64,000 bases of DNA, taken from a bacterium (GTDB taxonomy: Bacteria > Zhuqueibacterota > Zhuqueibacteria > Residuimicrobiales > Krinioviventaceae). Shown piece by piece: positions 56,753 through 64,000 of the stretch. The notes under the pieces were generated by a model that worked only from the letters and a program-made list of their open reading frames with translations, ran no database searches and was not told where the DNA came from. Position 1 is the stretch's first letter. Every line of letters begins with the position of its first letter. Location: assembly GCA_963693055.1 (NCBI GenBank), contig OY843751.1:4192001-4256000 (forward strand). The letters run 5' to 3'. A program made the position numbers and the translations under genes.

Positions 56753-56781
56753 AATTTAATTATATTCTTACAGAGAAGCAA
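56753..56781 (-). promoter_or_regulatory. Putative sigma70 promoter of tRNA-Thr
   Basis: Minus strand TTGCTT, 17-nt spacer, TAAATT, 13 nt upstream of the tRNA. Confidence 0.6.
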
Positions 56782-56795
56782 GAAAAAATAAATAC

Positions 56796-57155
56796 TTATT
56801 GCATATTTTCATGCCCTGTCGGTTCCTGTGCGGCATCACTTGCCATTTCAAATATCACTAACCCGGTTATAACAATTGCCGCCGCGATAATTAGCGCAAT
56901 AAAAGTTACGCTGCCTACCATGATTAAAAAATCTATATACTTGTTTGGGTGCTCACGTTTATGATAACTGTCTATGATAATATCGTAAAACATTTTTCCA
57001 ATATACACTATAAACAGCAATATACCCAACATGATACGGTAAAAACTGAGCCGACTTGATGCGCCCTGGGTAATTGGCCACACTAACCAGAATGCCAGCG
57101 CCCATTTACCGATTTCTTTTACTATTAAAGTAATTTTTTTACGATTTTGTTCCAT
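56796..57155 (-). CDS. Hypothetical membrane protein (about 3 TM)
   Basis: Hydrophobic segments; co-oriented after yraN; start ATG 57155 or GTG 57164. Confidence 0.6.
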   Translation of the reverse strand: MEQNRKKITLIVKEIGKWALAFWLVWPITQGASSRLSFYRIMLGILLFIVYIGKMFYDIIIDSYHKREHPNKYIDFLIMVGSVTFIALIIAAAIVITGLVIFEMASDAAQEPTGHENMQ

Positions 57156-57170
57156 CAAAATCACCCTTTA

Positions 57171-57545
57171 TCAAAAAACTGCCCAAAATGCATCAGGTAT
57201 ATGTTTTATACGCATCTGATTCTGCTTGTACATGACCGCAACAACATCATATCTACAGCTTGTATCTTCAATTTCTTTACGATACATATAGTCTTCGGAT
57301 GTTGCGCATATTCGTTGCTGTTTCCTCTCGTCCACCCAGGTTTCCGGCTCACCGAACTGATCGCCATTACTGGTTTTTACTTCAATAAAAACCAGCACAT
57401 CCTCATCCCAGGCAATAATATCAATCTCGCCCTCACGGGTTTTAAAATTTCTATCAATAATCCTGAATCCCTGCTTTTCAAGATACCGAGCAGCTGCGTC
57501 TTCTCCTTTTCTGCCGGTTTTAACCTTATGCATAGAGTTTTTCAT
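57171..57545 (-). CDS. yraN: YraN family (UPF0102) putative endonuclease
   Basis: GRKGEDAAARYL..GEIDII..VFIEVK..RYDVVAV; overlaps rnhB. Confidence 0.92.
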   Translation of the reverse strand: MKNSMHKVKTGRKGEDAAARYLEKQGFRIIDRNFKTREGEIDIIAWDEDVLVFIEVKTSNGDQFGEPETWVDERKQQRICATSEDYMYRKEIEDTSCRYDVVAVMYKQNQMRIKHIPDAFWAVF

Positions 57546-58149
57546 GCAGATCCTCTAATGCTTTGGGCCGAAAAGAACGACGATGAATGGGGCACAAACC
57601 ATGGTTCCGTATAGCTTTAATATGCATTCGGGTCGGATATCCTTTGTGTTGGGCGAATCCATATTCAGGATAAATCTCATCATACTTGATCATCATTCGG
57701 TCACGCGTTACCTTGGCGAGTATTGACGCCGCCGCAATGGACATAGACAATGAATCTCCTTTCACAATACATCGATGCGGTATGTCAAATTTTGGACCTC
57801 GTTTGCCATCTATCAACAGATAATCCTTCATACTTAGATTGTCAGTAGCCTGCATCATCCCTTTATAGGTAGCTCCGAGTATGTTCAACTCGTCAATCTC
57901 TTTATGATCAATCACTACAATAGCGGTTTCACTGGCATGTTTCAATATGGTATCATACATTAAATCACGTTGACGGGCAGATAATCTTTTAGAGTCTATA
58001 ATTCCTTCAATCAAAGACTGATCTTTTTCAAACACAACTGCTGCCGTCACCACAGGGCCAGCAAGCGGTCCCCTGCCTGCTTCGTCAATGCCGGCAACAT
58101 ACGCATATTCCTGTTGCCAATACTCTTGCTCAAATCCTAATAAATTCAT
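57526..58149 (-). CDS. rnhB: Ribonuclease HII
   Basis: GIDEAGRGPLAGPV, DSKRL, IDG, IAAASILAKVTRD, HKGYPT, HRRSF. Confidence 0.97.
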   Translation of the reverse strand: MNLLGFEQEYWQQEYAYVAGIDEAGRGPLAGPVVTAAVVFEKDQSLIEGIIDSKRLSARQRDLMYDTILKHASETAIVVIDHKEIDELNILGATYKGMMQATDNLSMKDYLLIDGKRGPKFDIPHRCIVKGDSLSMSIAAASILAKVTRDRMMIKYDEIYPEYGFAQHKGYPTRMHIKAIRNHGLCPIHRRSFRPKALEDLHEKLYA

Positions 58150-58200
58150 ACGTAACTGTCAACTCCTTGTTTCAACTGCACCTAAAATAGCTACATCCCG

Positions 58201-60618
58201 TTACAAATGCAAGCGAAACCCCTTCCAGCAAATCCGTTCAATCAATTCACCGTCGGTTTCAAATACAATTGCACCGTCCCGATCTGTTCGCAAAACCTGG
58301 GTTCCCCTATCCACAATTTCCTGCATCAGAGAATCAGACGGCAACCCAAACCGGTTTCGATGTCCTACAGATACAACCGCATATTGTGGTGACGTTTTAT
58401 CTAACAATGCCTTACCGGTTGCCGTATCGCTGCCGTGATGTCCGACTTTCAACACATCACAATTCAGCAAATCACCATATTGCAAAAATCGACTCTCGGA
58501 CTCTTTTTCAGCATCCCCCGTCAAGAAAAACTTGAACTGACCCCACGGAACCAGCATTACCAGCGATGCATTATTTAGCTCTGCCGGATGCTCATTCACA
58601 TGGTTTATCATACCACTATCCGGATGCAGTACCATGGCTTTCCCATACTTCCCACACTCGATAATATCCCCGGCAAAAGGATTGGTCCTTTCAACAGTTA
58701 ACGATCTTGCCAGACTATCAAGCTGGATTTTCAATGCATTGATAGTATCGCTTGTTGCAGGCAAAACCAGACGTTTCACATCAAAATTCCGGATCAGAAA
58801 GGGTGCACCACCACAATGGTCGGAATGGGTGTGCGTGACCACCAACACATCAAGCGTTTGTATTCCGTTTTGCAGCAAATAAGGAGCAATGACCTGCTCT
58901 CCACAGTCAAAGTGCTCTGATCTCTCACCACAATCAATCAACATATTAGATCCATCTGGGTACTCGAACAAAGCCGCATCCCCTTGTCCTACATCAAAAA
59001 AAGTCACGCGCAGCTTTTCTTTTTGGAAAATGGGTTTCCAGGCATTGATGGCAATCAAAATCAGGAATACAAATACCAAACCTTTAAAAGCCTGTTTTCT
59101 GTTATATGCAGCAGCTAAAACAGATGCCAGCATGGTAAAATAGATCAATATCCATAAAAATGAAGGTCTTGCCGTCTGTAACCCCGCGAAAGGCAAAGCA
59201 CTACTCCATTCAACCACCAAAATCATCACTTTTAACAACCAACCATCCAGCCAAATGATCAACACACCCAACGGCTGAAACAATGCAGCGATTATTGCAC
59301 CCGCAAAACCGGCTGAAACTACAACCATTGTCAGGGGCACTATTAGCAGATTTAACAACAGGGATACAACCGGTACCCGCCCAAAATACCACGCTGTCAG
59401 GGGCAGTGTTGCAAGTTGAGCTGCCAGCGATACTAGAAACAGTTGAATAATATTGATCAATATCCGGCGGTCCTGTTCATATAAACGGGTAAACACGAGA
59501 TTTAACCATTGTGCAAAAGCACGATACAACAAAACTATACCCAAAACAGCAGTGCAGCTCAATTGAAATCCTACCTGAAACAAATCAAGCGGATTCAACA
59601 ATAAAATGATCAAGATAGCAATGGATAATGTATTAACAGCCGTTGCACGACGATGCAGCATTTTTCCCAAGGTATAGGTCCCGGCCATTATAGCCGCGCG
59701 CACAACAGGCGGATGACTACCGGTCAGAAGTACAAAGAAGTACAATCCCGCAAGTGTTAGCACACCCTTATAGATTGGACCCAACCCTAGAGTCTTGAAA
59801 ATAAAATTCAAACCGATCAATATAAATCCCACATGCAATCCGGATACTGCCAGCACATGGATCACCCCCACATTTGCAAAGGCATTGTACAACTCGGTAT
59901 GAATGTCCTCCCGTGCTCCCACCAGTAAACCCTTTAACAAAGCTGCAGGCTGCCCGTTTAGGCTCTTGCTTACAATATCAAGAACAAACCGCCGTACAGG
60001 ATATACACCCCGTTGCAGTAACCACGTCCCCTTGTTTTCCGCCAGTACCTGCAGCATTACATCCGATTCCATGGACATGATGGCATGGATTCCATTTGCT
60101 GCTAAATAAGAACGATAATCAAACCCGCCAGGATTTCTCAAACCCGGCGGTGCACGCAGATTGCCTTTGCACACAATATGATCTCCGTATTTCAAGGGCT
60201 TGTCCATATTGTAAATCGTTACCTTGATATTCCCCGAACATGCAGAAACGGTATAATCTATCCAGATGCTGTCACTTTTAATTGAAAAAGTTGTTTTTTC
60301 CTCCGCGTAAACAACCGGTCCGCAAACTGTACCTTCTATGGCTACCGGTTCTTCAGGGAAAGCAATATAGCCAACATGAGTTTGAGGAAACTGATGGCTC
60401 TGCTCCATTCTTACCCAGCCCAATGCAACAAGTGCCAATTGGACCAACATGAAAAATATTATATATTTATTGAACCTGTAAGCAATTGTCAAAAAGAAAA
60501 AGAGTAAAAGAATAATAATATATAGACATACTAAACCCACCTGGATATATTTGCCAATAATTATCCCCAAAATAATTGGAACGATTGTTAATAGTGCGGG
60601 CGGTAATTGTGTTTTCAA
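58201..60618 (-). CDS. comEC: DNA uptake competence protein ComEC/Rec2
   Basis: RNPGGFDY, HVLAVSGLHV, GFQLS, then MBL domain FFDVGQGDA, THTHSDHCGG, KVGHHGS. Confidence 0.95.
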   Translation of the reverse strand: MKTQLPPALLTIVPIILGIIIGKYIQVGLVCLYIIILLLFFFLTIAYRFNKYIIFFMLVQLALVALGWVRMEQSHQFPQTHVGYIAFPEEPVAIEGTVCGPVVYAEEKTTFSIKSDSIWIDYTVSACSGNIKVTIYNMDKPLKYGDHIVCKGNLRAPPGLRNPGGFDYRSYLAANGIHAIMSMESDVMLQVLAENKGTWLLQRGVYPVRRFVLDIVSKSLNGQPAALLKGLLVGAREDIHTELYNAFANVGVIHVLAVSGLHVGFILIGLNFIFKTLGLGPIYKGVLTLAGLYFFVLLTGSHPPVVRAAIMAGTYTLGKMLHRRATAVNTLSIAILIILLLNPLDLFQVGFQLSCTAVLGIVLLYRAFAQWLNLVFTRLYEQDRRILINIIQLFLVSLAAQLATLPLTAWYFGRVPVVSLLLNLLIVPLTMVVVSAGFAGAIIAALFQPLGVLIIWLDGWLLKVMILVVEWSSALPFAGLQTARPSFLWILIYFTMLASVLAAAYNRKQAFKGLVFVFLILIAINAWKPIFQKEKLRVTFFDVGQGDAALFEYPDGSNMLIDCGERSEHFDCGEQVIAPYLLQNGIQTLDVLVVTHTHSDHCGGAPFLIRNFDVKRLVLPATSDTINALKIQLDSLARSLTVERTNPFAGDIIECGKYGKAMVLHPDSGMINHVNEHPAELNNASLVMLVPWGQFKFFLTGDAEKESESRFLQYGDLLNCDVLKVGHHGSDTATGKALLDKTSPQYAVVSVGHRNRFGLPSDSLMQEIVDRGTQVLRTDRDGAIVFETDGELIERICWKGFRLHL

Positions 60619-61238
60619 TGTAAAATCGTTTTGCTTTTCTCTATCAGCTTTTGGTTCAACGTTTTTACTTCTTCCCTCAGTAAATCAAGATCACCGGAAT
60701 TAACTATAGTCATATCCGCGAACTTTATCTTTTCTTCCTGCGAAAACTGTGCATGGGTCATCTGTTTTGCTTTTTCAAGACTGACCTTGTGACGCTCGCA
60801 TAATCGCTCAAGTCGTTTCTCAAGTGGCGCGGTAACCGTTACAACAAAATCGGTTTCACAATGCAGACGTAATTCAATCAACAAGGCTGCATCTATAACC
60901 ACAAAGCTTACATCCCGATAATGGTTACAATGCGAAATCATCGTGCGGACCCGATTGATCATAACAGGATGGACGATTTTATTCAGTGCGTGCTTTTGTG
61001 CTTCATCTGCAAATATAATATCACCCAGTTTTTTCCTATCCACATGCCCGTCATCCAGAAACACAGAATCCCCAAAATGTTCTCTTAAACGCTGGCGCGC
61101 AAGAAGACTGTTATCCAGCACCCATTTGCCTGCTTTATCTACATCCACAATGCAAGCACCATGCAATTTCAGCAACTTTGCTACTGTTGTTTTACCACTT
61201 CCCGGGCTCCCGGTTATGCCAACAACAAACTGTCTCAT
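60615..61238 (-). CDS. coaE: Dephospho-CoA kinase
   Basis: GITGSPGSGKTT, DRKKLGDIIF, LNKIVHP, DAALLIE. Confidence 0.92.
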   Translation of the reverse strand: MRQFVVGITGSPGSGKTTVAKLLKLHGACIVDVDKAGKWVLDNSLLARQRLREHFGDSVFLDDGHVDRKKLGDIIFADEAQKHALNKIVHPVMINRVRTMISHCNHYRDVSFVVIDAALLIELRLHCETDFVVTVTAPLEKRLERLCERHKVSLEKAKQMTHAQFSQEEKIKFADMTIVNSGDLDLLREEVKTLNQKLIEKSKTILH

Positions 61239-61247
61239 TTTTTCGCC

Positions 61248-64000
61248 TTACCTGATTATAGCAAGTTTCCCTAAAACATCCTGATCATCATTTTTAACTC
61301 TGTAAATATAGATCCCCGAGGCTACAGGATTCCCGGATTCGTCACACAAATCCCAATCTTTTCCCCCGTTTCCATCGGTTTCTTCCAATGTACGAACATG
61401 CAAACCATGTTCTGTCATTATACGAATTTCAGCGGTTTTTGTCAAGTTCCCAAAAGTAATTTTATCTGTTCCCAGTCCGGGTCGATAAGGATTAGGAAAC
61501 GCAATTACCTGCGACAGATCGTTCCGGTTAAATAACAATGTCAATACATCTCCACGCCCGGCCTCTATGGGTACACCTGCTTGGCTGGCTACATTTTCTA
61601 CCCTAACCGTATAGCTGCTGCCTAGCGCACCAAAGGCAACATCCGTTTCAAGGGTCAATGTTACATAAAGTTCATCATGTAATACCGCAGAAACGACCTT
61701 AATATCCTCTCCCATATCATAGTTATCAGCTATTTCAACGGATGGCCCCATGGCTTCGCTATAATATAGTTCAAGCGCATGGTTCCCCTTTAGAGATCCA
61801 CCGGCAAGATAAGGGGCAGATTGAGTAAAGCTTATGGTAACCGTTGCGCTGTTTCGCAAAGTATCAAGCGGGGTACGGTCTGCATCTGCAATATCATTGC
61901 AGCTTATTGTATACGTTCCAAAAGCCATTGGTTCTTTCCATGATAATAAAACCTGCTGACCGGATGCGTCAACAGCCGCGGAAGAAGGCCTGCCATAACC
62001 GTTTGATAACGTGTAATGCGATGCATTTTTCAAATCATCGCCCATGGGTTCACTGAAATACAAACGAATGGATTGGGCAGATTCAGCTTTCGCAGATTCA
62101 AGAAACGGCTTTGCTCCGGGACGTGCGGAAACCAGCATTGACAATCCACTGGGTTGCGCAGGGATATCATTTGAAACGGATATCAAAGCATACCAATACA
62201 GAGAATCCGTTTTTACAGATGTGTCCATATATTTATTTTCAGTGACCAATGCAAGAGGAAAAAGCTCAAAAGGAGTTGTTCCCCGATATACTTGGTAAGC
62301 GGCAGCACCATCCACATTCCGCCAGTTTAACGCAATCTGGTTCTCGTTCAATGGAGTTGCACTGAGGCCAACTGGTATTGCGGGACCTGTCAAATCGCCA
62401 ACCAGATTAAAGGAACGGGTATATTCACCTGTACCGGCAAAAAACTCGGTACGGCCATCTCTGTCTGCATCAGCAACGATACAACTGTTGCTGAGTGCTG
62501 TTTGATAATGATAATCAATCACATACCCCGCATCAGCCTGATATTCTACTATATATAAATCCGGGAACAGTGTAAGAATAATCTCATCGTCACCGTCATT
62601 ATTCAGATCACCACAGCTAACACCTGAGGGAAAATCACGAACTGACTCAAAACCAAAAAACCGCCATTCTGCAGAGCGTTCATATTGATTATTTCCAGCC
62701 TTGTCATAGATTGCAAAGTACCAATGCCGTGCATCATAAAAATGTTCTGTATTCAGATTAGGATCAGAATGGCATCCTGCTATAAACTCGTCTTCTCCGT
62801 CGCCATCAAAGTCCCCTGCACGTATAAAATCAATACTGTCCATCAAGGGCAGCGAATCAAACCACACACTACTGTAACTGTCATCACCGGTATTTTCATA
62901 GATGTAAATATCGCCATCATTGTCACCCATCAGGATATCGGTATATCCATCTGCATCAAAATCACCAATCTCCACATGGGGAACACCATTTATGTTCTCA
63001 CCATCGGTTAAATTTTCCAATGCGGCAACAGATACAAAATCACCACCCTGCAATTCCCAAATTTCAAAACGGTCTGTTTCTGTAGTTACATAGCGTATAA
63101 TCATCTCGGCTTTACCGTCCTGGTCTGCGTCCGCAAAGCGGCTGGCCCAGAATTGTTCCGAACTGCTACCTGTCAATTCCTTGAATAACTGTACAGGAAA
63201 ACCACCCGATTCTGCGGGTGTATAAATATAGCTTGAAAACCCAAATCCACACAATAACTCTGGCACACCATCTCCGGTGATATCTGCCATGTCGCGAGGT
63301 ATCAAACTCCCCTCAACTATTGCGATCTCTGCAAGTTCTTCTCCATTATACTCCCAAAACCGGACATCTCCAATATTTCCCTGTTCGTCGGCAGAGAACA
63401 AAAGTTCTGGTAATCCATTTTGATTATAATCAAACGAATTGTTTAATAAATGCCCAAAAGGAAGCATCAGGTTTACTGGCGAATAATTTGTTACGCTTGT
63501 AGGATCTTTATCCAGATTCACAAGGTAATATTGTCCATTATTATCATCTATGGACTCTAATCCCGCTCCATTCACAGCTTTGACATAAAGTTCCAAATCC
63601 GCTGTTATCTCGGACTGTGACAAATGATACCGCAATTCCCGCGTCCGATACGCCATAGCCGCTTCTGTGAATCCGGCATTGCTTCCAAATGGCCTGTAAT
63701 ATATTGATCCTTCACACAAATCGTCAGTACTGAATTGGATCAATACAGAATGCAGATCACTGTCATACATGGGAATGATGTCAATATTAGAAATAACAGG
63801 AGCAGATTTGTCAACAAATACACGTGTATTTGATTCTACCTTTGATCCATCACGATTTTCTACCAGCAATCGCAGGGTATATTCTCCTTCAGAGCCTGGC
63901 AATGGGTCCCAACTGCCAAGGTAACCATCCAGCACCCGCTTGTCTTCAAATCGTTCAATCAATGTCCATGTATCGGGATTTGCTCCTACGCCATAAGACA
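61248..64000 (-). CDS. C-terminal part (5' truncated) of a large secreted protein with FG-GAP/VCBS repeats, FN3, Ig-like domains and FlgD/T9SS-like CTD
   Basis: The frame stays open to the window edge (..SYGVGANPDTWTLIERF); GDFDADGYTDI, GDFDGDGEDEF, GDLNNDGDDEI repeats; C-terminus AFPNPY..WDLCDESGNPVASGIYIY..KLAIIR. Confidence 0.8.
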   Translation of the reverse strand, partial: SYGVGANPDTWTLIERFEDKRVLDGYLGSWDPLPGSEGEYTLRLLVENRDGSKVESNTRVFVDKSAPVISNIDIIPMYDSDLHSVLIQFSTDDLCEGSIYYRPFGSNAGFTEAAMAYRTRELRYHLSQSEITADLELYVKAVNGAGLESIDDNNGQYYLVNLDKDPTSVTNYSPVNLMLPFGHLLNNSFDYNQNGLPELLFSADEQGNIGDVRFWEYNGEELAEIAIVEGSLIPRDMADITGDGVPELLCGFGFSSYIYTPAESGGFPVQLFKELTGSSSEQFWASRFADADQDGKAEMIIRYVTTETDRFEIWELQGGDFVSVAALENLTDGENINGVPHVEIGDFDADGYTDILMGDNDGDIYIYENTGDDSYSSVWFDSLPLMDSIDFIRAGDFDGDGEDEFIAGCHSDPNLNTEHFYDARHWYFAIYDKAGNNQYERSAEWRFFGFESVRDFPSGVSCGDLNNDGDDEIILTLFPDLYIVEYQADAGYVIDYHYQTALSNSCIVADADRDGRTEFFAGTGEYTRSFNLVGDLTGPAIPVGLSATPLNENQIALNWRNVDGAAAYQVYRGTTPFELFPLALVTENKYMDTSVKTDSLYWYALISVSNDIPAQPSGLSMLVSARPGAKPFLESAKAESAQSIRLYFSEPMGDDLKNASHYTLSNGYGRPSSAAVDASGQQVLLSWKEPMAFGTYTISCNDIADADRTPLDTLRNSATVTISFTQSAPYLAGGSLKGNHALELYYSEAMGPSVEIADNYDMGEDIKVVSAVLHDELYVTLTLETDVAFGALGSSYTVRVENVASQAGVPIEAGRGDVLTLLFNRNDLSQVIAFPNPYRPGLGTDKITFGNLTKTAEIRIMTEHGLHVRTLEETDGNGGKDWDLCDESGNPVASGIYIYRVKNDDQDVLGKLAIIR

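Noticed and set aside
61248-64000. Calling the truncated gene an S8 protease
   Set aside because: The architecture is compatible, but no catalytic domain lies inside the window.

Overview
Bacterial chromosomal window, probably from an FCB-group relative such as KSB1, Calditrichota or Ignavibacteria. This is inferred from the LpxC-FabZ fusion, a PorV-family gene, proteins with FlgD/T9SS-like C-terminal sorting domains and the gcvT-comB-ftsK-lolA order. There are two clear zones. (1) About 0.4-28 kb is accessory: a Tat-exported Gfo/Idh/MocA oxidoreductase; five tandem lipoprotein glycosidases (two GH33/BNR sialidase-like, three GH78 alpha-L-rhamnosidases) that all end in an Fn3-associated + PA14 tail; an L-lactate permease; a GH28 enzyme; two secreted paralogs with near-identical ends and divergent AT-rich middles; a TolB-like propeller lipoprotein; and an orphan ExbD-like protein. 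(2) About 28-64 kb is minus-strand housekeeping: lolA, ftsK, comB, gcvT, rseP, dxr, lipoate ligase, lpxA, lpxC-fabZ, lpxD, skp, bamA, TamB-like, uppS, mtnA, waaA, panC, panB, PorV-family, tRNA-Thr(CGT), yraN, rnhB, comEC, coaE and a truncated large secreted protein. The most striking unexplained signal is non-coding. Same-orientation (ACTGAnn)n-ACT heptamer arrays bound every accessory gene or gene block, usually abut stop codons, coincide with the ends of duplicated units, and were not seen in the core zone. They are interleaved with several other palindromic repeat families. All alignments and counts were made by eye.
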